From: an uncultured Halanaerobiales bacterium
GTDB lineage: Bacteria > Bacillota > Halanaerobiia > Halanaerobiales > M55B127
Assembly (NCBI GenBank): GCA_964526845.1
Contig: CAZGMM010000003.1
Location: 1-61,037, forward strand
DNA: 61,037 nucleotides
Direction: 5' to 3'
A model generated the notes under the pieces. It was not told where the DNA came from, did no database searches, and saw nothing but the letters and a program-made list of their open reading frames with translations. Below are positions 9,153-18,859 of this stretch, piece after piece. The position numbers and the translations under genes are program-made. The first letter of the stretch is position 1; each line of letters opens with the position of its first letter.

Positions 9153-9572
9153 TTACCAGAGGGTCAGTTGGGTCTTTTCATCATACTTTCTTTCTAATTT
9201 TTCTCCTTGCAAAGGTTGAATAAAAAATTCGCTGGCAAAAACGGTGGTACCTTCGGCTAAATGGCCGCCATAGCAACTTCCATCTTCATCAGCTAAAGTT
9301 ATATGGGCATGGATAAATGGTTCACCATCCAGAATAGATATATTACCTATACAACTTACAATCTCCATCTCCCTATCGATCTTTTTATACTGGTATTCAA
9401 AGGTTTCTTGATTGTAAAAGCCGATTTTGGCATTCTGTACAGCCCCGATTACCTTTATGAAACCGGTGGTAATCTCTTTTTCTTTTATGATCTCGGTTAG
9501 GCTATTTAAAAGATCTTCATCTTTTTCTAACCTACCCATAAATGCTTGTTCTGTTTTATATTCTTTTAGCAT
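9153..9572 (-). CDS. PPC/DUF296 domain protein
   Basis: EIVSCIGNI, HAHITL and GGHL motifs. Confidence 0.88.
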   Translation of the reverse strand: MLKEYKTEQAFMGRLEKDEDLLNSLTEIIKEKEITTGFIKVIGAVQNAKIGFYNQETFEYQYKKIDREMEIVSCIGNISILDGEPFIHAHITLADEDGSCYGGHLAEGTTVFASEFFIQPLQGEKLERKYDEKTQLTLW

Positions 9573-9573
9573 G

Positions 9574-10314
9574 CTATTCCTCCTCAGGCATTTTATCTTT
9601 TACTCTTTCTAAATTAACCTCAGCTTTCTTATAATTAGGATCTATTTGCAAAGCCTGCTGGTAATAATCGGCAGCCTCTTCATACTGCTGTAAGTTTTCA
9701 TAAATTATACCGGCATTATTATATACATAAGGAACAGTGGGATCTAAATCTAAGGCTTTATTAATATTCTTTCTGGCCTCACTGAAATTACCCAGATGGA
9801 TATAACATAAACTTAAGTTATTATATACATAAAAGTTTTCTTTTTCTTCTTCAATCGCCATTTCGAACTTTTCTATAGCTTGACTGTACTCTCTTTTATC
9901 CATATGAATTAAGCCTAATAAATTATATACCTGTTCATCAACCGGTGTATAGCCCTCTGCTTTGATTAAAACATCATAGGCTTCATCCTTTTGGTTATTA
10001 TTATAATATGCCCGTCCTAAATTTACTAAGAGATTATATGAGTCCCCCTTAACTTTCCGTGCGTAATTAAAAGAATCAATGGCCAAATCAAATTGGTCGA
10101 GTTTGGTATAGCTTAAACCTAAATAAAAATTTGGTAGGTAACTGTCTTCATTTTCAGCTGCATAACTTGTCAGATGGTCTATCGCTTTTTTATAATTACC
10201 GCTGTTGTATTCATTGATCCCCATCTGTAAAAGGTTCTGTGCCTGTATTGAAAGAGAAAATAATAAAATGAATGTAAGTGTTAATAAAGCTATCTTTTTT
10301 GTCTTAAACACCAT
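9574..10314 (-). CDS. Exported TPR-repeat protein
   Basis: Signal peptide ending SIQA; several TPR repeats (YNLLG, YNNL, YNNAG). Confidence 0.85.
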   Translation of the reverse strand: MVFKTKKIALLTLTFILLFSLSIQAQNLLQMGINEYNSGNYKKAIDHLTSYAAENEDSYLPNFYLGLSYTKLDQFDLAIDSFNYARKVKGDSYNLLVNLGRAYYNNNQKDEAYDVLIKAEGYTPVDEQVYNLLGLIHMDKREYSQAIEKFEMAIEEEKENFYVYNNLSLCYIHLGNFSEARKNINKALDLDPTVPYVYNNAGIIYENLQQYEEAADYYQQALQIDPNYKKAEVNLERVKDKMPEEE

Positions 10315-10315
10315 T

Positions 10316-10954
10316 TTAACCTCCTTTTATTTGGTTTTGATAATAATCACAGTAACTTTTTATTTCACATTTATCACAGAGTGGATTTCTCGCCTTACAA
10401 ATTTCTCGTCCGTGAAAGATCAACCAGTGATGAAACTTCGTCCAATAGTTTTCAGGGACAACCTCCATGAGATCCTGTTCAACCTGATCTCTTTTATCAG
10501 TATCGACTAGTCCCAAACGATTAGCGACTCTAAATACATGTGTATCAACCGCAATCGTTTCGCGGTCAAAGGCATTTGCTAAAACTACATTGGCCGTTTT
10601 TCTTCCTACCCCCGGTAATTTTACTAAGTCTTTTCTATTAGTGGGTACTTTGCCCTCAAAATCCTCTACAATCATCCTACTGCTATCGATGATATATTTA
10701 CTTTTATTCTTATATAGACCGATCGATTGAATTTCTTTTTGCAGATCTCTGACCTCTAATTCGGCAAAATCATTGGGGGTTTTATACTTACTAAATAGAT
10801 CTTTAGTAACTTTATTTACCTGTACGTCTGTGGTCTGGGCTGACATGATAGTTGCAATAAGAAGTTGAAAAGGAGTTTCATAATTTAAAGCCGTTTCCGG
10901 GTCCGGGTACTTTTTTTCAAAATAATCTATCATTTTTTCAACATTGTTTTCCAA
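10316..10954 (-). CDS. nth: Endonuclease III
   Basis: SAQTTD, LPGVGRKTANVVL helix-hairpin-helix, VDTHV, CKARNPLCDKCEIKSYC Fe-S motif; start moved to TTG 10954 behind AGGAGAGG. Confidence 0.96.
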   Translation of the reverse strand: MENNVEKMIDYFEKKYPDPETALNYETPFQLLIATIMSAQTTDVQVNKVTKDLFSKYKTPNDFAELEVRDLQKEIQSIGLYKNKSKYIIDSSRMIVEDFEGKVPTNRKDLVKLPGVGRKTANVVLANAFDRETIAVDTHVFRVANRLGLVDTDKRDQVEQDLMEVVPENYWTKFHHWLIFHGREICKARNPLCDKCEIKSYCDYYQNQIKGG

Positions 10955-11064
10955 ATTACCTCTCCTTTCTGGAAATCTTACCAAATTAATGTTAAAATAA
11001 TTTTTAGTATCTAAAAAAATTATATCATAATATAACCATATATTGAAATTTAGGAGGCATAATT

Positions 11065-11652
11065 ATGAATATTGGAATAGATATTGATGGGGTTATCACA
11101 CACGAAAAAAAGGGTAAAGAAAATGTCTGGTTAAGGGCTTTAAATAACTATTTTGAAGACCAGATCACCCGTAAAAAAGACGTCTATAATTTTACAGAAG
11201 CATATGATATTCCCCTAGAAGATCTCAAGGAATTTCTAAGAAATAAACTACACGAAATATATTCTGGGGTTGAAATTGCTCCGGGGGCAAAAGAAATAAT
11301 TGATAAAATAAAATCGGCCGGACATACCATTTATCTGATTACAGCCCGCCATCAAAAGTTTAGACCCTTGACCATAAAATGGTTAGAACAACACCATGTT
11401 AATTATGATTATTTATACCATGAAGACAATAAAGCAAAACTGGCTGTTGAAAAAAATATCAAACTATTTATAGAAGACAACCAGTCCAATACAATCAACC
11501 TCTTAAAGGAGGGTATACCAGTCATCCTGGTCGATAAATATCACAATAAGGAAGTACCCGACCGTGATATACTCTACCGGGTTGATGACTGGAATCAAAT
11601 TAAAGATATATTAAAAGAATATGACTTTCTTTCTGAAGAAAATTTAAGTTAA
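11065..11652 (+). CDS. HAD 5'(3')-nucleotidase, NT5C/YqfW type
   Basis: IGIDIDGV, LITAR and FIEDN HAD motifs. Confidence 0.8.
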   Translation: MNIGIDIDGVITHEKKGKENVWLRALNNYFEDQITRKKDVYNFTEAYDIPLEDLKEFLRNKLHEIYSGVEIAPGAKEIIDKIKSAGHTIYLITARHQKFRPLTIKWLEQHHVNYDYLYHEDNKAKLAVEKNIKLFIEDNQSNTINLLKEGIPVILVDKYHNKEVPDRDILYRVDDWNQIKDILKEYDFLSEENLS

Positions 11653-11660
11653 TCCATAAA

Positions 11661-13310
11661 TTATTTCCTGTATACACTCCCCCCGATAAATTCCCTCAAA
11701 ATGGATGTTTTAGGGATATCATCAGAAGGCATATTTTTAAAACAGTCCAGTACTTCTAATAACCGCCTTGCTTCATAGTGATAAGGATTATCCTCTTTAA
11801 TCTCTTCAAGTAAGGGAACAGCACAATTTTTTAATACTGCTAACTCATAAATTAAAGCAGAGTTGAACATCACATCTGCATTTTCTTGATAGGGGAATAT
11901 ATTTTCTTCTTCCCCTTTTCTCACCCTTCCCCACATCTCTAGGGTATTAAGGGCAGAATGTCCCCTGAATAAATTATCTCTCACAATTCTTCTAACCAAA
12001 CGGGTATCAGAAGTGGGTATCCTGTTTTGCTTATCAATATTTAACTGGGTTAAGGCACTTACAAAAATCTTGTATTTATGGTCTTCCGGAATAAATTCAG
12101 TTAGCTTATTATTCAAACTATGGATACCTTCAATTAAGATCGGCTGATCAGAGCTCAACTTTAAAACCGTGTCACTATCTTCTCTCACACCTTTTTTGAA
12201 GTTGAATTTGGGCAGTCTGACTTCTTCCCCCCGCATCAACCTGACCAGATGATCATTGAACAGTTTTAAATTAATCGCATGTAAAGATTCAAAATCAAAG
12301 TTACCGTCTTCATCTAAAGGTGTTTTATCCCGATTTACAAAGTAATCATCAGTTGAAATGGTTACCGGTCGCAAGCCATTTATACGAAGTTGGGTAGATA
12401 ATCTTTTGGTAAAAGTAGTTTTACCGGAAGAAGAAGGACCGGCAATTAAGATAATCCTCTTTAATTCTTTATGAGAGGCAATTTCATCTGCTATTTGGGC
12501 AATATTTTTTTCATGTAAACCTTCCGAAATACGGATTAATTCCCCGTAATTATTCTCTTCAATATGATCATTTAAATCCGGTACAAAACCCACTTCTAGA
12601 ATATCTCCTAATTTTTCATAATCATAAAAAATATCAGCCAGCTTTGGTTGGGGAATAAATTCTTCAATCTTATCCGGCTGTTTAATAGGTGGATATAGTA
12701 AGACAAAACCCGGAAAATGGTAATGTAATTTGAATTTTTTTAAATAGCCTGTACTCGGTACTAAAGGGTAATAATAATAATTATAGTAACCATCCAGTTC
12801 ATATAACTTAATTTCATCTAACTTTCTCTGTTCGATTATCCTGCTCTTTTCTTCATTACCCTGGCCTCTTAAAATTTCGAGCCCTTTTTCACTTTCCATC
12901 ATATGTTTATTGATCGTGTAGTCTTTTTTAACGATTTCCTGCATCTTATTAGATATATCTTCTAATTCGGCTTTGCTTAAAACATTATTATCACTTAATT
13001 CACAGTAAATGCCATTACTTAAGGAATGTTCGATATTTAATATTTCATCTCCATATATTTCATAAACTGCCTTAGCCATTAACATAAACAAACTTCTTTT
13101 ATAGAACCTATTGCCGGCCGGAGTATCATTTCTGACAAATTCGAGCTGACAGTCCTGATCAATTACATAGTTTAAATCTAATAGTTTGTTATTAACCTTT
13201 ACTCCAATAATTGACTCTTTATCCTCTATATCAATTTCTGATAACAATTCTAAAACCTTCATGTTATGAGAAATATTATATTCAGTATCATTATATACAA
13301 CGGTAGACAT
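11661..13310 (-). CDS. Nucleoside (uridine) kinase with N-terminal TGS/ThrRS-like domains
   Basis: P-loop IAGPSSSGKTT, STDDYF, EGIH, RRIVRD; TGS-like N-terminus. Confidence 0.85.
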   Translation of the reverse strand: MSTVVYNDTEYNISHNMKVLELLSEIDIEDKESIIGVKVNNKLLDLNYVIDQDCQLEFVRNDTPAGNRFYKRSLFMLMAKAVYEIYGDEILNIEHSLSNGIYCELSDNNVLSKAELEDISNKMQEIVKKDYTINKHMMESEKGLEILRGQGNEEKSRIIEQRKLDEIKLYELDGYYNYYYYPLVPSTGYLKKFKLHYHFPGFVLLYPPIKQPDKIEEFIPQPKLADIFYDYEKLGDILEVGFVPDLNDHIEENNYGELIRISEGLHEKNIAQIADEIASHKELKRIILIAGPSSSGKTTFTKRLSTQLRINGLRPVTISTDDYFVNRDKTPLDEDGNFDFESLHAINLKLFNDHLVRLMRGEEVRLPKFNFKKGVREDSDTVLKLSSDQPILIEGIHSLNNKLTEFIPEDHKYKIFVSALTQLNIDKQNRIPTSDTRLVRRIVRDNLFRGHSALNTLEMWGRVRKGEEENIFPYQENADVMFNSALIYELAVLKNCAVPLLEEIKEDNPYHYEARRLLEVLDCFKNMPSDDIPKTSILREFIGGSVYRK

Positions 13311-13314
13311 TACA

Positions 13315-14397
13315 TCACTTCCTCTTAATTATATTATGAATATCAACTTCTCTTTCTTCTTTAATCTGCTTTTCAATTAAATCTAAATCAAAATCTAAAT
13401 TTATATATGCTTTATAAGCATAATAGCGAATAATCGGGGAAGGATCTTCAATTTTTTTAATTAAAACTTCTTTATATTGTTCATTTTTTATTCCTAAATT
13501 ATTAATAGCTAGCAAGGCATTTCTTTGAATTATCTTCATTCCCCGCCAACTTAACGCCTTATTTAACCATTTTTTGGGGAAGTTCTTTTTATTAAACTTC
13601 AATATTTTAACTATATCTCCTTTAATTTTTGGTTGAAACTCTTCATGAAGCCCCCGCGGAATATTTTCATTATAAGGACAGGCAGTTTGGCAATCATCGC
13701 AACCCCAAATACAGTTACCAATCAGGTTTTCCTCTTTCTCTTCCAAATAGCCCTTCTGTTGAGTTAAATTACTCCGACAGGTCCTGTAATTTAAATAATA
13801 GGGGGTACTTAGGGAATTAGTAGGACAGTTTTCAAGACAGGCTGTACAGTCCCCACATTTATTACCCGCCTTTTCATCCAAAGTAAGTTTTTTATTAATA
13901 AATATTTCTCCCAAAAAAATATATGTACCGAACTTTTCATTAACCAACAGGGTGTTTTTACCTATCCAGCCTAAACCGGCCTGTTGGGCCAAAGCTTTTT
14001 CTAAGACCGGACCGTTATCTACATAGTAAGTACTTTCTAAATCATCAAATAAGTTGTTTAGATATCTTATACCGTTCTTAAGCTTGTTTTCCATTACTAA
14101 ATGATAATCAGTACCTCTTGTATAGCGGGATATGAAACCATCGGCTTCAGATTCCTCATTCTGGGCATAAGATAGCCCCACTACAATCACAGTTTTGGAC
14201 CAGGGATTTAATTGGTTCGGATTTAAAATACTTTCCACATCATTATGGACAAAAGGGGGTAGATCATCATCTCTATATCTCTTTTTAAAATTATTAACTA
14301 AGTCTAGGTCTAAAACTGGTTTTGTAAAACCAATCAGGTCAAAACCCAATTCTTTAAATTTCCTTTTTATTTCATTACCTATCTTCATATATACCAC
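13315..14397 (-). CDS. queG: Epoxyqueuosine reductase
   Basis: YTRGTDYH, VDNGPVLEK, GWIGKN, CGDCTACLENCP and GCDDCQTACP; real start may be 14388. Confidence 0.93.
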   Translation of the reverse strand: MVYMKIGNEIKRKFKELGFDLIGFTKPVLDLDLVNNFKKRYRDDDLPPFVHNDVESILNPNQLNPWSKTVIVVGLSYAQNEESEADGFISRYTRGTDYHLVMENKLKNGIRYLNNLFDDLESTYYVDNGPVLEKALAQQAGLGWIGKNTLLVNEKFGTYIFLGEIFINKKLTLDEKAGNKCGDCTACLENCPTNSLSTPYYLNYRTCRSNLTQQKGYLEEKEENLIGNCIWGCDDCQTACPYNENIPRGLHEEFQPKIKGDIVKILKFNKKNFPKKWLNKALSWRGMKIIQRNALLAINNLGIKNEQYKEVLIKKIEDPSPIIRYYAYKAYINLDFDLDLIEKQIKEEREVDIHNIIKRK

Positions 14398-14414
14398 TCA
14401 TTTTCTATTAACTT

Positions 14415-14443
14415 AAAAAAGGGGCCGAAAACTCGGCCCCTTT
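14415..14443 (-). terminator. Intrinsic terminator after the NSS-MetS genes
   Basis: AAAGGGGCCGA-GTTT-TCGGCCCCTTTTTT. Confidence 0.9.
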
Positions 14444-14454
14444 ATGTTTATTAA

Positions 14455-14562
14455 TTAGTCTTCTTTTTTACGGGACTTTAGTGCCTTCCTCAAGGTAACA
14501 AAAAGTCCTCCATACAAAACTACACATGCAAATATCAACATTACAACTGCTGATCCACTCAT
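14455..14562 (-). CDS. MetS-family NSS transporter small subunit, 35 aa (absent from the ORF track)
   Basis: MSGSAVVMLIFACVVLYGGLFVTLRKALKSRKKED; SD GAAGGGAG; single TM with GGL and a basic tail; immediately after the NSS gene. Confidence 0.85.
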   Translation of the reverse strand: MSGSAVVMLIFACVVLYGGLFVTLRKALKSRKKED

Positions 14563-14591
14563 AAAATTACTCCCTTCTAAATACTTATTTT

Positions 14592-16079
14592 TTAGATTTC
14601 TGCGTCATCTAAACCTCTTTGACGTGATAGGATAAATGAAGCAACAAGTAATAGTCCAATTACTCCAGCCCAGCCGCCGTAAATGAGATATCTAAGTTCA
14701 TATCCACCGTAAGGTGTACCAATATCAGTAATTAATTCATTGATTAATAGTACAACTAACATAATCGGTGTTACATATTTGATCATCACATTCCACCAGC
14801 TGCCGAACTGATATTCAGAGACTGAGTTAAAATAACCCCTTAATTCATCGGGTTCATAGAACCAACCAATAATTAATGATTCAGCTAAACCAGCCACAAC
14901 GAGGCCATAAGTATTTACATAGTGATCTACAATATCTAGCCAGTAAAGTCCACCTTTAGTAGCAAATAATAGTCCTACTATGAATAGGAATATACTATAA
15001 AATAGTGTAACCTTCCTTTTGGTTCCGCCCCATTTATCTTTAAGTGCTGCTACACCGGCTTCTACAATGGAGAAGGCCGAGTCTATACCTAAGGAAAGCA
15101 GCATTGCGAAGAAGACGAAACCAAAGAATCCGACCACGAATGAACCACCTGGCAACAGTGATATCGCATTTGGATAAACCACGAAAGCTAATCCGACACC
15201 AGCAGTAGCAACTTCGGAAATCGGTACTCCCTGAGTTTGAGCCATATATCCTAGGGTACCAAATACAGCAATACCTGCTAGAAAACTAATACCAGAGTTT
15301 GCAAATACGGTTATAAGAGCATTATTAATAATATCAGAATCTTCAGGCATATAACTAGCATAGGCGATCATAATACCAAAGCCTAAACTAAGTGTAAAGA
15401 ATACCTGAGAATAAGCATCGATCCAAACACTTAAATTCGTCAACATCGAGAAATTAGGTTCAAGGAAGTAATTAATTCCTTCCATAGCACCTGGTAAAGT
15501 TATTGCTCTAAGCATTAATATAATCATTAAAAGAACAGGTAAAGGAACTGTTATTAGAACTACTTTACCAACACTTTCAGCACCTTTTCTAAGTATGAGA
15601 TAAATTACGATCCAGGTAATGACTAAACCAATCAGAACGGGAACTGAAAAACCTCCTAAGACACCGGGTCCAGATGTTATTTGTAGTACTTCATTATAAA
15701 AATAGTCACTCGCATTCTCTGCCCAGCCTAGTGTAAAGGAACCAGCTAAATAATCCCAGGCCCAGGCCATAACTCCAGCATAATAACTAGTAATAATAGT
15801 ACCGGATAAAACGGCCCACCAGCCAAAGCCTTCAAACTTTCTACCAACTTTAGCCAAGGCACCTGGAGCTCCTCTTTGGGTCTTTTGCCCCATGGAAAAT
15901 TCTAATACGATAAGGGGTACCCCTGCTGTTAATAATGCTACAAAGTAAGGGATTAAGAAAGCTCCACCCCCATTAGAATAAGCCATGTAAGGAAAACGCC
16001 AAGCATTACCTAAACCAGCTGCAGAACCTATAGCTGCGAGTACAAAAGCTGCACGATTACTCCATCGGTCTCTTTGCAT
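14592..16079 (-). CDS. Sodium-dependent NSS/SNF-family amino acid transporter
   Basis: GSAAGLGNAWRFPY, GGGAFLIPY and QVFFTLSLGFG motifs. Confidence 0.95.
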   Translation of the reverse strand: MQRDRWSNRAAFVLAAIGSAAGLGNAWRFPYMAYSNGGGAFLIPYFVALLTAGVPLIVLEFSMGQKTQRGAPGALAKVGRKFEGFGWWAVLSGTIITSYYAGVMAWAWDYLAGSFTLGWAENASDYFYNEVLQITSGPGVLGGFSVPVLIGLVITWIVIYLILRKGAESVGKVVLITVPLPVLLMIILMLRAITLPGAMEGINYFLEPNFSMLTNLSVWIDAYSQVFFTLSLGFGIMIAYASYMPEDSDIINNALITVFANSGISFLAGIAVFGTLGYMAQTQGVPISEVATAGVGLAFVVYPNAISLLPGGSFVVGFFGFVFFAMLLSLGIDSAFSIVEAGVAALKDKWGGTKRKVTLFYSIFLFIVGLLFATKGGLYWLDIVDHYVNTYGLVVAGLAESLIIGWFYEPDELRGYFNSVSEYQFGSWWNVMIKYVTPIMLVVLLINELITDIGTPYGGYELRYLIYGGWAGVIGLLLVASFILSRQRGLDDAEI

Positions 16080-16225
16080 ATCTACTATCTACTCCTTTCT
16101 TCTCTTAACTTTTTGATACTCACTCTTTAAACAATATCCTCTTTAAAAATAATAATAATGAAAATAAAAGTTGCTCGACTACTATCTCCTTAATTATCAC
16201 CCCTTCCCATTATTATTTTCTTGTG

Positions 16226-16254
16226 ATTATAACACCAAAAACTAAAGTTTTCAA
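16226..16254 (-). promoter_or_regulatory. Sigma-A promoter of the NSS transporter
   Basis: TTGAAA-N17-TATAAT with extended TGn. Confidence 0.75.
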
Positions 16255-16266
16255 GCATTATTTTAT

Positions 16267-17550
16267 TTATTGCTTATGAACTTTTCTAATGATTATTTTC
16301 ACATGCTCCTTTTCCTCTAGTAATTTTTTATACTGATCTCTTACTTCTTTAAGACTTATATCCTTGATCATTTGGATTATATCCAGATAATTTTGGTCAA
16401 GATTAAGATACTTCATAATTTGAGAAGAAAGTGTTTCAAAAGAATTTAAGGAACGGAAATATCTTCCAATATATTTATGTTTAACTACTTCAAAATCTTC
16501 GCTATTTATTTCGCGTTCCCAATTATTGATGATATCGGTTATACCAGAAATTGTCTTATCAACGGAGTTGGTTTCCGCATATATCTTGGCAAACCCCGTA
16601 TTTTTCTCCCTCATATAGTTAAAAGAAAAGTTCTCATCAATTAAATCTTGATTATATAAATCATGGTAATGATCACTGCTTTTACCAAAAATCATTTCTA
16701 AGATCATATTTGTCATGAGATCCTGTTTAATAATCTTATCCTTTTTTTGAAAACAGCGGTTTTCTTTATAACCTAAACTAATTATCGGGCGGGAGATACT
16801 CATTGCAATATCTTTTTCCTCTAGACGGATACCATAGGGCTCTTTAGGATAAATTTTCTCCAATACAAATTTTTTATTTCCATGCTCAGTAATATTTTTT
16901 CCCAGCCAATCAAATAACTTATCAGATTGAACTGCCCCGATAACAATTAAGGTCATATTATTTAAATTATATAATTTTTCAAAAAAATCGATTAAGGTCT
17001 TTTTATTAATTTTCTCTATACTCTTTTGAGTTCCTGCAATATTATATTTAATTGGATATTCATAAAATAGTGACTGTAGTAATTGATAAAAGGACTGCCA
17101 GCTGGGGCTATCCTGATACATATTAATTTCCTGGTTTATCACGCTTTTTTCATGATTTATCCGTTCATCATCAAAATGAGGATTTAAAACAAAACCAAAT
17201 AAGTATTTTAAAGACTTGAAAAAATTACTGGTGGTATTAAAATAATAATTTGTATTATTAAAGCCAGTATAGGCATTAACACTACTTCCGATCTGTGAAA
17301 ACTTATCTATTATACTACCTTCTCTATTTTCAAAAAGTATATGTTCCATAAAATGGGCAATACCTTTGGGATATTCATAGATATTTTCCTCATTATCCTT
17401 TATCTTTAAATCTACAGAACCTACATCTACCGATAAAATCGCATGTTTTTTATTAAACTTCTCCCGCGGTATTAAAACCACATTTAAGCCGGAATCTAAC
17501 TTCTTTTCATAGTATTCTTCACCAATATTACTAAAATTTTTATATATCAT
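16267..17550 (-). CDS. M16 zinc peptidase, active subunit (YmfH-like)
   Basis: GIAHFMEHILFE inverted zincin motif, SVNAYT. Confidence 0.9.
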   Translation of the reverse strand: MIYKNFSNIGEEYYEKKLDSGLNVVLIPREKFNKKHAILSVDVGSVDLKIKDNEENIYEYPKGIAHFMEHILFENREGSIIDKFSQIGSSVNAYTGFNNTNYYFNTTSNFFKSLKYLFGFVLNPHFDDERINHEKSVINQEINMYQDSPSWQSFYQLLQSLFYEYPIKYNIAGTQKSIEKINKKTLIDFFEKLYNLNNMTLIVIGAVQSDKLFDWLGKNITEHGNKKFVLEKIYPKEPYGIRLEEKDIAMSISRPIISLGYKENRCFQKKDKIIKQDLMTNMILEMIFGKSSDHYHDLYNQDLIDENFSFNYMREKNTGFAKIYAETNSVDKTISGITDIINNWEREINSEDFEVVKHKYIGRYFRSLNSFETLSSQIMKYLNLDQNYLDIIQMIKDISLKEVRDQYKKLLEEKEHVKIIIRKVHKQ

Positions 17551-17552
17551 TC

Positions 17553-18842
17553 TTAAGCACTTCCTGGTCTAAGTACATAATATGTTGTAAGATTAACCTG
17601 ATTAGCGACTTTAATTATATCTTCTCTTTTTACCTGTTTAATAGAATTAATAACATAATTTAATGAATCTTTTTTACCATTAATTAAACCTAATAGGAAA
17701 GCATCCACAATACTGTGGTTATTATCACTTAATGTTTTATACCTATTAATTAATTTCTTTTTAGACCACTCAATATTTTCCTCTTCAAATTCACCATTTT
17801 GCATCTCTTCTATCTTTTCTTCTATTATCCCTTTTACGATCGGGTAATCCACCACATCAATGCCTGCATTTATTAAGATAAGGCCCTTTGTAGATTCTAA
17901 GCGAGTGTTGATGTAGTAAGCTAAGCCCCTCTCTTCTCTTACCGTTGTAAATAGTTTAGAGTGGCTAAAACCACCCAACATCCCATTATACACAATAAGA
18001 GCAAAATAGAGGGGATGACTTCTGGTAATGGGTATTCTAATACCAGCACAAAATCTAGATTGAGTAATTTCATCCTCTTCTTCCAGCTCTTTTATCTTAA
18101 AATGTTTAGTTTTAATAAAAGTGTTATTTAAAGGCAATTTTTTATCTCTGTGATCTGTAAATTTTTGATTAATATATTTATACAGTCCGTCAGAATCACC
18201 AATATCACCGATGACAAATAATTCAATTGGACTTTCTATTAATATATCTTTCCAATATTGATACAAATTATCTTGTCTGCTTTGTTCTAAGCCATTAATT
18301 GTACCAAGGGTGTAGAGGGAAAAATCCTCCCCTCTACACATCTCCTGGTAACATCTTTCAATAACATAACTACCTTTATCATTCTTTAAAGATAGTATTT
18401 TTTCCTTCAAAAAAGACTGCCCTTTGTTAATATATTCTTGCTTGAAGTCCCCCTTTTCTATTAAGGGTCTAAATATTAATTCATAAAGGAAATCAATTGC
18501 CTTTTTTATTAAGCTTCCTTTTGCTTCAACATACTTGTCATTTATTACTTCTACAGAAAATCTTAATAGTTGGTTCTCACCGCGGCGGGCCACAGAAACG
18601 TTTAAATCTGCCCCATATAAATCATCCAATCTATGTGATATAGATTGATTGGTGGGATACTTTCGGGACCCGCGGTAAAGAATATAAGGGATAAGGGCAT
18701 TTTTGGAAACCTCTTTTTCATTTGAAAGAGGTCGTATTATATCTATATGAATATAATTAGTTTTAAATTTATCAGTATTATTGATATATATGTCTATGTC
18801 ATTTTCTGTTTTATATTCATCGAATTTGCTTGTTTTAAGCAT
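17553..18842 (-). CDS. M16 peptidase-like inactive subunit (YmfF-like)
   Basis: NTDKFKT, LGGFSHSKLFTTVREERGLAYY; no HxxEH; paired with the YmfH-like gene. Confidence 0.88.
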   Translation of the reverse strand: MLKTSKFDEYKTENDIDIYINNTDKFKTNYIHIDIIRPLSNEKEVSKNALIPYILYRGSRKYPTNQSISHRLDDLYGADLNVSVARRGENQLLRFSVEVINDKYVEAKGSLIKKAIDFLYELIFRPLIEKGDFKQEYINKGQSFLKEKILSLKNDKGSYVIERCYQEMCRGEDFSLYTLGTINGLEQSRQDNLYQYWKDILIESPIELFVIGDIGDSDGLYKYINQKFTDHRDKKLPLNNTFIKTKHFKIKELEEEDEITQSRFCAGIRIPITRSHPLYFALIVYNGMLGGFSHSKLFTTVREERGLAYYINTRLESTKGLILINAGIDVVDYPIVKGIIEEKIEEMQNGEFEEENIEWSKKKLINRYKTLSDNNHSIVDAFLLGLINGKKDSLNYVINSIKQVKREDIIKVANQVNLTTYYVLRPGSA

Positions 18843-18859
18843 ACATTATCCTTTCCTAT

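Noticed and set aside
9427-9612. 61-aa ORF spanning the DUF296/TPR junction
   Set aside because: Antisense shadow of two supported genes.
16080-16220. About 140-nt NSS leader with a repeated GATAGTAG and extra SD-like words
   Set aside because: No T-box, SAM or other riboswitch motif, no terminator, and no SD-led ORF.
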